This document shows positions 14,920 through 23,577 of a stretch of 48,663 nucleotides of DNA, in pieces. The notes below the pieces were generated by a model. That model was not told the DNA's origin and searched no databases. It saw only the letters and a program-made list of their open reading frames with translations. The stretch lies in IMG/VR virus record IMGVR_UViG_3300042379_000679; one strand, 5' to 3'. The position numbers and the translations under genes were made by a program. Positions within the stretch are counted from its first letter, which is position 1. The number at the start of each line of letters is the position of its first letter. This stretch comes from a virus.

Positions 14920-15177
14920 TCAAGAAAAATCTTGATCCATTTCTTCAAGTTCTTTTTCAAGTTCCTTGAGAGCAGGTTTCATCATGGCGATTTGCTCGTC
15001 GAGAGTCAGATCTAAATAACATTTTAGTAAAGCTGATACGAGAGCTTCGGCTGAGACCTGTCGGCCTTCAAAAACCAATCCTCGTTCAGAGAGTTCGATG
15101 CAGTTACGCTTAATGCCTTCGTGTATACGAGGCGTTGATCGGGCATTAACTCGCGGTCCAGAGCTTAACGTAGCCAT
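14920..15177 (-). CDS. Small RHH-like protein, candidate lysogeny regulator (85 aa)
   Basis: PRVNARSTPRIHEGIKRNCIELSERGL fits a strand-helix pattern. It is divergent from the replication operon and flanked by repeated ACAAGA/ATTTAGAC motifs. Confidence 0.5.
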   Translation of the reverse strand: MATLSSGPRVNARSTPRIHEGIKRNCIELSERGLVFEGRQVSAEALVSALLKCYLDLTLDEQIAMMKPALKELEKELEEMDQDFS

Positions 15178-15208
15178 TACTATACGACCCTTTCCACGTG
15201 GGACGATT

Positions 15209-15493
15209 GAGATTTAGACACAAGACGTTCTTGCGTCAACCAAATAGTAGTCCGGCTCGAAACGATTGTCAACAAGAAAGTCAAAAATATTTTTTCCTGG
15301 ACATGTCAGCGTTGACCCCTCTTCTTGTAAAGGAATTCTTGTCAGAGATTCGGTGGATAGACATTTCTGGTTCCACGACCTCCTGCGTATTTTTAAGCGT
15401 TTCGTGAAAAACCTGAAAATTTTTTCGTATTTGCTGTTGACATGTTTTGCGGGAACCGATATCTTCCACTATCCCAACTGGGGGATGACAAGA
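15209..15493. promoter_or_regulatory. Switch region with repeated ACAAGA/TCTTGT half-sites
   Basis: - Palindrome: CAAGA-CGT-TCTTG at 15221-15233.
- ACAAGA: 15272 and 15488.
- TCTTGT: 15323 and 15337.
- ATTTAGAC: 15212, with a second copy at 14895 next to ACAAGA at 14885. Confidence 0.45.
15437..15465 (+). promoter_or_regulatory. Promoter of the replication and recombination operon
   Basis: GTTGACA-17 nt-TATCTT, 52 nt upstream of the 15518 ATG. Confidence 0.5.
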
Positions 15494-15517
15494 AGTCTTA
15501 ACGAAGGGAGTCCAGCA

Positions 15518-16024
15518 ATGGATTTAAAGAATCAAGCTGTTGTGTTGGTACGTGCAGGAATCGCCAAAAAGATTGGCAGACCACACTTTAGCTCGTACGA
15601 AGCAAATTGCCAGATTGAAATGTCGGTCGATCTCGGAATGGTCACTGATGAGCGTTTTCCACAATTGCTGGGAGATATTTACGACCGTGTACAAAAAGCA
15701 GTGGATCAGCAGATTGCCGAAGAAGTTGGTCGAGACGGAGTCTCTGCCACACCACCTCCTGCCAAGCAAAACCTGATTGAACAGGCCGCTGAACAGCCAA
15801 CCGTGATTAAACCTGAAAAACCTTTCAGGGATTTCTTGCTGGCTAAGTCTCAGGAACTGGCTGTTGCTCCACAAGGGCTTGTCAAGCACTGGTACAAATG
15901 CTTTGTCGATGGCTCGGAAACGGATTTCCAGAAGCAGGGCAAAGCTCTTGCCGACTTGTGGGATGCTGGTCGCGTGGGTCCATTAGTCATGACGGAACGA
16001 CTTACTCAACAACCTGTTGTCTGA
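15518..16024 (+). CDS. Hypothetical protein (168 aa)
   Basis: GAAGGGAG lies 7 nt upstream of the ATG. The track ORF 15266 extends through the promoter region. Confidence 0.7.
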   Translation: MDLKNQAVVLVRAGIAKKIGRPHFSSYEANCQIEMSVDLGMVTDERFPQLLGDIYDRVQKAVDQQIAEEVGRDGVSATPPPAKQNLIEQAAEQPTVIKPEKPFRDFLLAKSQELAVAPQGLVKHWYKCFVDGSETDFQKQGKALADLWDAGRVGPLVMTERLTQQPVV

Positions 16025-16049
16025 TAAGAACTGATCAGGAGGATCAACC

Positions 16050-16268
16050 ATGCTAGTACTTTCAAGAAACCCTGGCGAATCGATTCAATTGTTTGGACCT
16101 GAGGGGAGGTTGCTTGCAACGATAACGTATATCACTCTGTCAAGCACGAGGTCGATCAGGGTTGGCTTTGAGGCTGAACCAGACATTACGATAGTTCGCT
16201 CCGAGATTTCGGGTAGACCTAATAATGGGAAAAAACCCGCTCACTCTCGGATGGATAAAACTACTTAA
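16050..16268 (+). CDS. csrA: CsrA/RsmA-family RNA-binding protein homolog
   Basis: MLVLSRNPGESIQL...IRVGFEAEPDITIVRSEI aligns by eye with E. coli CsrA MLILTRRVGETLMI...VRIGVNAPKEVSVHREEI, with L4, R6 and the R44-equivalent kept. AGGAGGA lies upstream. Confidence 0.7.
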   Translation: MLVLSRNPGESIQLFGPEGRLLATITYITLSSTRSIRVGFEAEPDITIVRSEISGRPNNGKKPAHSRMDKTT

Positions 16269-17079
16269 GGATCATGGGATAAACACTGTCCCGATGTCTT
16301 CGGAACAGAAAATGCCATTGATTCAAACATCACAATATTGGAGCGGTTTTCCCTTGTCGGCCATGAATGATTTGCAACCCAAGAATATCGCTGCTTTGCC
16401 AGGGCTGGCTTCACGACTTCTCGTACTGGACCTGGATGGTCCACAGGATATGATGCGTGCATTCTTCGAAACTCGACCAGCTTTACCGCGAACTTGGCAA
16501 GTTAGTACTGGCGGGGGTGGTTTGCACCTCTGGTTCAGGCTACCTCACTGGTACAAGCGACCCATCCCCAACGTGCGACTGTGGCAAGGTACTGGAAAAC
16601 ACGAAGAAGTCCTCGTCCTTGGTGACAGAAGGCTTGCTTCCTGCCCTCCTACTCAGTACGGCTCTGGGAAAATGTACAAATGGACGGGTTCAGTCAACCC
16701 GCTCACGGGCAAATGTGGCATCGCGCCGCAGTGGTTGCTCAGTGAAATCGAAGACAAAACGACTCAGAAGAAGCAACCTTTTACAGGATCATTGACATTT
16801 TCTGCGTCTCGTTCTCTTGCCCCATCCGATGAGATCCCTGAACGACTCTCTATCTTGCAGAGTTATGGCTTGAGGCTGGCTGGAAAGCCCAATCAGGCTG
16901 GATGGATTCCATGCTATCGACCAGGTGACCCGCATGATAGTCGGCCCAGTGCCTCTGTGCGAGTTGATGGATCGGTAGTCTGGACTAGTGGTGGCTCTAT
17001 GGATTTCTGGGGTGCATTGGTTGCACTCCATGCTTTTGACTCGATTGAAGCCGCAGTGACGGCAATAAGAGGGATTTGA
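16225..17079 (+). CDS. Bifunctional primase-polymerase (Prim-Pol, archaeo-eukaryotic primase (AEP) superfamily)
   Basis: LLVLDLDGP (DxD), STGGGGLHLWF and LASCPPTQYGSGKMYKW match the Prim-Pol N-terminal domain pattern. Confidence 0.75.
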   Translation: MGKNPLTLGWIKLLKDHGINTVPMSSEQKMPLIQTSQYWSGFPLSAMNDLQPKNIAALPGLASRLLVLDLDGPQDMMRAFFETRPALPRTWQVSTGGGGLHLWFRLPHWYKRPIPNVRLWQGTGKHEEVLVLGDRRLASCPPTQYGSGKMYKWTGSVNPLTGKCGIAPQWLLSEIEDKTTQKKQPFTGSLTFSASRSLAPSDEIPERLSILQSYGLRLAGKPNQAGWIPCYRPGDPHDSRPSASVRVDGSVVWTSGGSMDFWGALVALHAFDSIEAAVTAIRGI

Positions 17080-17756
17080 TGAATTACTCTAGTGACTATA
17101 CGAAGTCGGACGAAAAGGCTCCTCGCCACATTATGCCTGAAGGTACTCACCTGGGCAAAATCTTTGCAGTCGTTGATGTCGGGTCTCATCCCAAGACCTT
17201 TGAAGGTATCACGAAAGACTCCAGGACGATCAAGGTTGGCTTTGAGTTTCCCCCAGAGACCACAGGTGGTCGGCCCATCACCAAATGGAATGATTACGGG
17301 GCGTCGATGTATGCCACTTCCAAGCTACGACAGTTGGTCGAGAACGTGATTGCCAAACCGCTGAATAACACAGAGGCTGGCGAGTTCAGGATCGAATCTA
17401 TTGTCGGCAAGTTCGTCTCTGTCGTTTTCACCCACTCGGTCAGCAAAAGGGATGGAGAGACGTATAGCAACATTGCACGCATCTTTCCGACAGCCAGCAC
17501 CTTTAATTCTCAGGTCGCTGAGTACAGTTGGTGCGTTGACGAAGACGAAACGGCTTCTCTACCAGAATGGCTTTCTCGTATTGCAATGCAGTCGAAAGAG
17601 TTTAAACGCAAAACAGGTGGGAATTTAAGCCAGCCAGCTTATGTCATGGGGCAACAGGTTAAGGGATCAGAAGTGGACTTCACTCCACCTCCACCAGCAC
17701 CCGCCCCTCCAGCCCCTGCAAAAGATCCTAATGTGGCTATGACGTTTGGTTTCTAA
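17079..17756 (+). CDS. DUF669-like phage protein (possible ssDNA-binding role)
   Basis: The pattern PEGTHLGKIFAVVDVGSH...TIKVGFEFP resembles the DUF669 N-terminus. It has a Pro-rich C-terminus and an ATGA overlap with the Prim-Pol stop. Confidence 0.6.
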   Translation: MNYSSDYTKSDEKAPRHIMPEGTHLGKIFAVVDVGSHPKTFEGITKDSRTIKVGFEFPPETTGGRPITKWNDYGASMYATSKLRQLVENVIAKPLNNTEAGEFRIESIVGKFVSVVFTHSVSKRDGETYSNIARIFPTASTFNSQVAEYSWCVDEDETASLPEWLSRIAMQSKEFKRKTGGNLSQPAYVMGQQVKGSEVDFTPPPPAPAPPAPAKDPNVAMTFGF

Positions 17757-17805
17757 GGATGTGGGAACGCTCCATGGACGGGGCAACTTTTACTAGGAGG
17801 CAGTG

Positions 17806-18222
17806 ATGATGGATGCAGATCAGAAAATCAGAAATGCTTTTTCGGACGCTGAAAAGGCTGTACCAGATGCAGAATTGAAATACACGATTATCCGAGAGGC
17901 TTTTGAGTCTCACAAAGATGATGATGAACGACAGTACGAGTACATTTACGAGCGATTGGCGAAGCCTAAAAGGTCTGCTCTTGCCCGTGATATGAACGCA
18001 TGGTTATATCTACATAAGATAGCACATGAACTTCTGGCTCAGTCTCAGATCTGCTTACTTAATGCTGAAGGTGAAACACCTGGCCCACTACTTGCCCGAT
18101 TGCAACGCCCAGTGATTAGGTCGCCCAGGAACTGGAGGATTTGCGGCATCTGTGATGGGACTGGTGAAGACCCAACGATTGCTCATTGCAATGGATGCTG
18201 GGGACACGGGTATTATGTCTGA
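17806..18222 (+). CDS. Hypothetical protein with a DnaJ-type CxxCxGxG zinc motif pair
   Basis: The C-terminus reads CGICDGTGEDPTIAHCNGCWGHG. AGGAGG lies 5 nt upstream. Confidence 0.65.
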   Translation: MMDADQKIRNAFSDAEKAVPDAELKYTIIREAFESHKDDDERQYEYIYERLAKPKRSALARDMNAWLYLHKIAHELLAQSQICLLNAEGETPGPLLARLQRPVIRSPRNWRICGICDGTGEDPTIAHCNGCWGHGYYV

Positions 18223-20620
18223 GCTAACCTATTCTGCGTTAATGGATTGCGAGTTTTCAACTTATCCGTACCAGGATGAGGCGATTGATAAGATTAGGTC
18301 ATGGGTCTACGAGGATGATCATAAAGCTGGAATTCTCCAGATGGCGACCGGATGTATATCCGGTGATGCAATCGTGACTATTAACCGTGGAGGCAAGGGT
18401 GTTACTCGGTCTCTTCGGGATCACTTTAGGCTTCAGGCTGACCCAAGGGTCAAACCTCATGTAGTAAAGCGTGTCCGAAGTTTTAACGGTAAGCACGTTG
18501 AATGCAATGGATTCAGCCGTATCCAGTCCAGCGGGGTCAAGCCTGTTGTTAGGGTTCGATTTGCAAGTGGACGAGAACTCGTATGCACTCCTGATCATAA
18601 GATCTTGTCGTCGAATGGATGGGTTGAAGCAAAGGACTCGTCAGGCAAGAGTATCGTAGTCGAAGCAAGCCAACGCAAGTCCGGTGACCGGGAGCCGAAG
18701 CCTAAGAAGCGATACAGGCAAGTTAACAAACTTTACTATCACCCGTACGCTGGGAAATGCGTCTCGAACAGAAGAGGAAAGTCTCTAAGGCTTTATCGCG
18801 TGGCTTACCATAGGCTTGTGGTTGAGTCTGAAATGAATGAGATGCCCCTTGACAAGTACATTGAATGCTTGAGAAACGGAGACATTGGCAAGTCATGGGT
18901 TTATCTTGACCCAGCAGTAACCGCAGTTCATCACGTCAACGGAGATCATACTGACAACAGGAGCGGAAACCTGGCGATTATGAGTCATCAGGAGCATTGG
19001 TCTCTTGAAGGCAAACAAAGCAATCACCTGAACATCGGCAAAACGCTGGTTGAAACAGACAATGTCTTTGCCGTTGAGAATGCTGGCTGGATCGATACCT
19101 ACGACATCGTTAGCGTAGACAAGACAAGCAATTTCATTGCCAACGGAGTCGTTGTACATAACTGTGGAAAGACCGTAACCGTAGGTATTCTGATTCGTCA
19201 GTTGATTGAGGAGGGGTTTATCTCTCGAGCCTTGTTCGCAGTCCACCGGACAGAACTTGTGAAACAGGCAATAGACACGTTTGAATTGTGCGGGCTAATG
19301 GTGGGTCGTGAGCAAGGTTCCCATCACGGGTTTGCCCTAGGTGATCCGCATGTGGTTTGCACAACCATTCAGTCCATGACCAAGCGATGCAAGCGGTATC
19401 AGCCGGACGATTTCCAGTTGATCATCACGGATGAAGTCCATCACGCAGGAGAATCCAATAAGACATACTCATCCGTTTACGACCACTTCCCTGACTCAAA
19501 ACTTGTTGGGGTCACTGCAACGATTGATCGGCCTGACGGACAGAGTCTGAAGCGTTTCGAGGAAGTCGTTTACAGCTACTCGCTTTATGACGCGATCCAT
19601 GATCCTGCTGGCCCATTTTTATCACCTGTCAAGTTTGTCCGGTGTTCTCTGGGGGTTGACCTGAGGGGATGCAAAACAACGGGTAAGAATGGCGATTTCG
19701 CTCAGGGAGATCTTGGTCGTAAGATCCAGCCAGCCATCGAGCTATTAGCGAACGCGATCAGCAAAGAGATTGAGGACCGAAAGAAGATCATTGTCTTCAT
19801 GCCTGATGTTGGCTCGTCTATCGCGATGGCTGATGCCTTGAAGCAACTGGGACATGCTGCGGACTGGGTCTCCGGTGATAAGCCTGACCGTGATAGCACG
19901 ATACAGCGTTACAAAAACGGTCTCACAAAGATCCTTGTCAACTGCCAGATCCTCACCGAGGGGTTTGATGACAAGCCCACAGACTGTGTTGTTCTAAAGC
20001 CCACTCGAAGCCGGATCGCATACGCCCAGATGGTGGGTCGTGGTACGAGGCTTTGCAAAGATAAATCAGACTGTTTGATTCTGGATTTCTCACACACGAC
20101 AGACATGGATCTGATTGGGCCAAGCTCGTTGACAGATTGTGAGGAGGTTGATTCCAAGCGTGCTGAGGAGTTGGTCGAGGAGGGTGTTGATCTGTGGCAA
20201 GCTGTGGAGCGAGCCAAGACGGAACGTAAACAACGACAGGAGATCAAGGTTCCGGTTGCCAGGCTGGACATGAGTTATCGGCGGGTCGAGATTAATCCAT
20301 TTGAGCTTGCGGCTTCATTGGGTGTGTCCCGAGCCATGCTGACCAACGCCAATCGATTCGGAGAGCTTGCGACTCCCGCCCAGAAGGATTTTCTGAACAA
20401 GTCTGGGATGGCAGATGTCAATAACATGACCAAGCGTCAGGCTTCGCAGTTGATCGGCCAGATCATTGACAGACGAAACTCGGGGCTGTGTTCGATCAAA
20501 CAGTTGAACTACCTGATTTCGCTGGGGATGAAGCCTGAAAAGGCTCGAGGATTGCAGTTTGGACAGGCAGCAGAAGCGATTCAAAAGTACAGGTCGAATC
20601 AGGCTGGATCGCAAGAGTAA
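18215..20620 (+). CDS. SF2 (DEAD/DEAH-type) helicase precursor interrupted by an intein; the extein is about 531 aa
   Basis: The split Walker A, MATG|...|CGKT, is restored on splicing. Other motifs are DEVH (ITDEVHHAG), TAT (VGVTATIDR) and QMVGRGTR (VI). Confidence 0.88.
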   Translation: MSELTYSALMDCEFSTYPYQDEAIDKIRSWVYEDDHKAGILQMATGCISGDAIVTINRGGKGVTRSLRDHFRLQADPRVKPHVVKRVRSFNGKHVECNGFSRIQSSGVKPVVRVRFASGRELVCTPDHKILSSNGWVEAKDSSGKSIVVEASQRKSGDREPKPKKRYRQVNKLYYHPYAGKCVSNRRGKSLRLYRVAYHRLVVESEMNEMPLDKYIECLRNGDIGKSWVYLDPAVTAVHHVNGDHTDNRSGNLAIMSHQEHWSLEGKQSNHLNIGKTLVETDNVFAVENAGWIDTYDIVSVDKTSNFIANGVVVHNCGKTVTVGILIRQLIEEGFISRALFAVHRTELVKQAIDTFELCGLMVGREQGSHHGFALGDPHVVCTTIQSMTKRCKRYQPDDFQLIITDEVHHAGESNKTYSSVYDHFPDSKLVGVTATIDRPDGQSLKRFEEVVYSYSLYDAIHDPAGPFLSPVKFVRCSLGVDLRGCKTTGKNGDFAQGDLGRKIQPAIELLANAISKEIEDRKKIIVFMPDVGSSIAMADALKQLGHAADWVSGDKPDRDSTIQRYKNGLTKILVNCQILTEGFDDKPTDCVVLKPTRSRIAYAQMVGRGTRLCKDKSDCLILDFSHTTDMDLIGPSSLTDCEEVDSKRAEELVEEGVDLWQAVERAKTERKQRQEIKVPVARLDMSYRRVEINPFELAASLGVSRAMLTNANRFGELATPAQKDFLNKSGMADVNNMTKRQASQLIGQIIDRRNSGLCSIKQLNYLISLGMKPEKARGLQFGQAAEAIQKYRSNQAGSQE
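18353..19162 (+). mobile_element. Intein (270 aa) with an HNH homing-endonuclease domain, inserted in the helicase P-loop
   Basis: - Block A: CISGDAIVT.
- Block B: CTPDHKIL.
- HNH domain: HHVNGDHTDNRSGNLAIMSHQEH.
- Block F: TYDIVSVDKTSNFIANG.
- Block G: VVVHN, followed by the +1 Cys. Confidence 0.85.
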
Positions 20621-20631
20621 GGAGGAACTCG

Positions 20632-20925
20632 GTGGAGTACACCCGTGAGTATATGGCAGCAATGGATAAGCGACTGGCTTTTGTGTCGGCTCACATGAGA
20701 TTGACAACGAGATGCCCGTCATCGGAATTGATGGATGAGAAAGTGCCGTTGCCCCCCTGTGAGTTGCAGGAAATGGGACATGTCAACGGTGTTCGCAGCG
20801 CGAAGTTGAGAGAAAGGAAGAGGAGAAATGCTGGAAGAGAACCAGGTTGGAGAGCTAGGCAGAGAAATGCAAACAGGCAACAGATGGTCAACGATAGACG
20901 GGGCTACGATCACCCTGGTGGATGA
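20632..20925 (+). CDS. Hypothetical basic protein (97 aa, GTG start)
   Basis: AAGGAGGA lies 5 nt upstream of the GTG. Confidence 0.5.
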   Translation: MEYTREYMAAMDKRLAFVSAHMRLTTRCPSSELMDEKVPLPPCELQEMGHVNGVRSAKLRERKRRNAGREPGWRARQRNANRQQMVNDRRGYDHPGG

Positions 20926-21121
20926 GCCTTATAAGGCTGAGATCTTCTACTATGACGAGCAGGATTTGCATTACTTGACGGTTTACGTGCTTGTCGATGG
21001 AGTCTTTGCTAAAGATCAAGCCTTTGGGTTTTTGGAGTGGGAAGGTCATCCATCGAGGAAGCTGGCAATTCAGGCATTTCAATCCTACGTAACAGCACAA
21101 AGGGCAAGCTCATGCAGTTGA
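20828..21121 (+). CDS. Hypothetical protein (97 aa; start uncertain)
   Basis: An ORF that overlaps the previous one by 98 nt. An alternative ATG is at 20867. Confidence 0.5.
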   Translation: MLEENQVGELGREMQTGNRWSTIDGATITLVDEPYKAEIFYYDEQDLHYLTVYVLVDGVFAKDQAFGFLEWEGHPSRKLAIQAFQSYVTAQRASSCS

Positions 21122-21909
21122 TATACGAACCCAAGGTAAAGGTTGCAACAGTGTCGGTTTTCCGAGACTACGATCTTAAAGATTATGCGTCAGGCATGCA
21201 CGCCCAGAACACACACAGCTTGGACCACATTCCCGAGTTTGCTGGCCGAGTATGCTACCAATCGTTCAAAAACCCTCGTCCTGGGGGCAACAGGGGTTAC
21301 ATTGGTCATATACTCGAGGTTGGTCATGGAAGCGTCCTGGAACACTCCTACGTGGGCTTATTGATCACAGGTGTTTCACGCAGCCTGACTCATGAGTTGA
21401 TCCGTCACAGGGCTGGAACCGCGATTTCCCAGCTATCTCAAAGATTTTGCGAACCTGACAATCTGGGCTACATTGTTCCACCTCTGATCATTAGAGATCT
21501 TGTTGCGGAGCAATGCTTCAAATCAGAAGTGACTGCTGCGTCTGCCTCTTATGACCGGATGCTCAATGTTTGCACCACAGCTATCAGCCGGAGATGGCAG
21601 GATGATCATCCTGACGAGACAGCTGACCGTGAAGCATTGACGTATATCCGTAAAAAGGCTCGCGAAGCCGCGAGATCTGTTCTGCCAAACTCGATTGAAA
21701 CTCACCTGTTCATGTCTGGGAATCTAAGGGCATGGCGAAATATCCTTGAACAGAGGGGTTCGATTCACGCTGACCTGGAAATCAGGCGACTTGCTGTGGC
21801 GATAGCTCGAGAAATCTACGTCTATGCAACAAGCGTCTTTCAAGATATGCACATATTCATTGATGTTGATGGGTATGAGTCTTTACGATTTGACCACAGA
21901 AAGGTTTGA
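21112..21909 (+). CDS. thyX: Flavin-dependent thymidylate synthase ThyX
   Basis: ThyX signature RHRAGTAISQLSQRF (RHRxxSxxxxSxR). The ORF is trimmed to the MQLIYEP start. Confidence 0.88.
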   Translation: MQLIYEPKVKVATVSVFRDYDLKDYASGMHAQNTHSLDHIPEFAGRVCYQSFKNPRPGGNRGYIGHILEVGHGSVLEHSYVGLLITGVSRSLTHELIRHRAGTAISQLSQRFCEPDNLGYIVPPLIIRDLVAEQCFKSEVTAASASYDRMLNVCTTAISRRWQDDHPDETADREALTYIRKKAREAARSVLPNSIETHLFMSGNLRAWRNILEQRGSIHADLEIRRLAVAIAREIYVYATSVFQDMHIFIDVDGYESLRFDHRKV

Positions 21910-21911
21910 CC

Positions 21912-22070
21912 ATGGACCATTACATCATGCTGCTCAGGCTTCTAAAACTGATTCAGTTGATTGGCGAAGTCTCGGAAGAGAGGCCTGAATTGAATTTCAA
22001 TTGGTGGCTTCCTCTTGCAGAAAACAGGCTCAGATTAGAGATAAACGCATCCTCAGGGAGTATAATATAA
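21912..22070 (+). CDS. Hypothetical small protein (52 aa)
   Basis: Not in the track. It exactly fills the gap between thyX and the next ATG at 22071. Confidence 0.4.
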   Translation: MDHYIMLLRLLKLIQLIGEVSEERPELNFNWWLPLAENRLRLEINASSGSII

Positions 22071-22331
22071 ATGATCAACTTTCAGTTGGAAGTGTTCAAG
22101 GATGGGCTTGAAGTTCAGGCTTACAAGGACTTGAGACAAAAGAATCCCGACAAGGCTGATAAGCTCCATTCTGTTGAAATCGATCTGACGAATCGGGTTT
22201 TGACACAGAGGGATGCGGAAGGCGTTGCACTCAAACGATATGAGATTAAAGAAAATGGCAAGCTCGTCGGAAAGCGAACAATATACGCACAGTCGAATCA
22301 GCAATTGCCCAGAGTACTACCGATTGGCTGA
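22071..22331 (+). CDS. Hypothetical protein (86 aa)
   Basis: Operon context. Confidence 0.55.
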   Translation: MINFQLEVFKDGLEVQAYKDLRQKNPDKADKLHSVEIDLTNRVLTQRDAEGVALKRYEIKENGKLVGKRTIYAQSNQQLPRVLPIG

Positions 22332-22581
22332 TGGGAGGCCTTTCTGGCTGTTCTCAGCAACAGATCTGACCACCACACTGTGGAACCATGGAATTGTTGG
22401 CTGGCCTTATCACTGTGCGATTTCTGCTCTGGAACATCTGTTTCGGATGGGAGTCAAAGAGGGTGAGGCAGAAACGGATATGGAGTCGTTCCAATGGTGG
22501 TGGCATGATGTGCCAGACACTCTGGGTAGACGAAAAGCATACGACCTGGTAATCATCGAACGCAGAAAGCTGGGCAGATAA
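22255..22581 (+). CDS. DUF3310-like phage protein (start uncertain)
   Basis: PEYYR...ALEHLFRMGVKEGEAETDMESFQWWW resembles the DUF3310 pattern as recalled. It ends 1 nt before the resolvase ATG. Confidence 0.5.
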   Translation: MASSSESEQYTHSRISNCPEYYRLADGRPFWLFSATDLTTTLWNHGIVGWPYHCAISALEHLFRMGVKEGEAETDMESFQWWWHDVPDTLGRRKAYDLVIIERRKLGR

Positions 22582-23067
22582 ATGGCTGTTTACATAGGTT
22601 TTGATCCAGGCTTGAAGGGTGGGATATCAGCTGTCAACGAATACGGAGACATCCTGCATGCTCAGTCCATGCCTGTGGTCAAAGGTGAGAAAGGGTCGAG
22701 CATTGATTTTCATGCTGTCGCGACTCTTGTGAGGGAATGGGAACCGGACTTTTCTGTGATCGAGAAGGTGAACGCGATGCCTGGGCAAGGCGTGACAAGC
22801 ATGTTTACCTTCGGCATGGGCTTTGGAGGCTTACAGGCTGTGCTTTGCACTCTTGACAGCCCATTTGCCCTTGTGAGACCTCAGGTCTGGCAATCCGCTG
22901 TGTTCAAGGGGCTGGACAAGAAACTGGGCAAAGCTCGCTCGATCATCTACTGCCAGCAACGGTGGCCTGATCAGGGTAAGCTCAAGGATGGCCCAGCAGA
23001 CGCTTTGTGCGTAGCAGTTTACGCGAGGTCGTTGAAGAACTCGGGAATCATTGACAGTCGTTATTGA
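22582..23067 (+). CDS. RuvC-like Holliday-junction resolvase
   Basis: IGFDPGLKGGIS (first Asp), VIEKVNAMPGQGVTSMFTFG (Glu) and DGPADALCVAVYA (C-terminal Asp). Confidence 0.8.
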   Translation: MAVYIGFDPGLKGGISAVNEYGDILHAQSMPVVKGEKGSSIDFHAVATLVREWEPDFSVIEKVNAMPGQGVTSMFTFGMGFGGLQAVLCTLDSPFALVRPQVWQSAVFKGLDKKLGKARSIIYCQQRWPDQGKLKDGPADALCVAVYARSLKNSGIIDSRY

Positions 23068-23211
23068 GACAACCGGAAACTGTAGGCCGATTTTTGCATC
23101 GATTTCGTCGGTGCTATCGCTGTGTTTTGCTGGCGAGCGACTCAGACATTCAAGTTGCAGTGACCCAGCACGACTGATCCAATCGAGAGGCGATAGCAAG
23201 CAGTTTCCGAG

Positions 23212-23234
23212 GCCCATGGATGGGCTACTTTTTT
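23212..23234 (+). terminator. Weak convergent terminator
   Basis: GCCCA/TGGGC stem followed by T6, between the converging + and - modules. Confidence 0.3.
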
Positions 23235-23577
23235 AGAAACTTGTGTAATCCGTACATCTTTTCTCGCAGTCTTCTTCGGCTGTTCTGGGCTGTGGATGAT
23301 GGCACTCAAACAGGGGAATCTCCGACTTCATTCCACCGCATCCGCATGTTCTGCGAATCTTTTGATTGCCAAACTCGTTTAGAACTGGATCGCCTTTCAA
23401 GGCACAACCGTTGAGTATGCCGAGCTTTCTGCCTCTTTCTTTGTACCACTGGGATACGATTGAGGCTCGGGATTGGTTGTTGAAGCAGTTGCGGCAGATA
23501 TCGTAATCGGTATCGCTCATCTCTCGTTTGAAGAAATTGCAAGTGCCTGGTTCTGTGCATGTGCATGTGTGAGCCAT
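23233..23577 (-). CDS. Cys-rich protein (114 aa, 14 Cys), last gene of the virion operon
   Basis: TAATG overlap with the upstream stop. Motifs include MAHTCTCTEPGTCNFF...CRNC...CGCGG...ECHH...CEKRC. The track ORF 23233..23856 has a spurious N-terminal extension. Confidence 0.65.
   Translation of the reverse strand: MAHTCTCTEPGTCNFFKREMSDTDYDICRNCFNNQSRASIVSQWYKERGRKLGILNGCALKGDPVLNEFGNQKIRRTCGCGGMKSEIPLFECHHPQPRTAEEDCEKRCTDYTSF

Noticed and set aside
14769-14960. A complete tRNA gene, or the 63-aa ORF at this locus
   Set aside because: Only the 3' part of a tRNA-Ala is present, with no pairing 5' acceptor or D arm. The ORF is a translation across the att core.
16457-16795. 112-aa + strand ORF and other internal ORFs within the Prim-Pol and helicase genes
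   Set aside because: They are nested out of frame inside genes with clear catalytic motifs.
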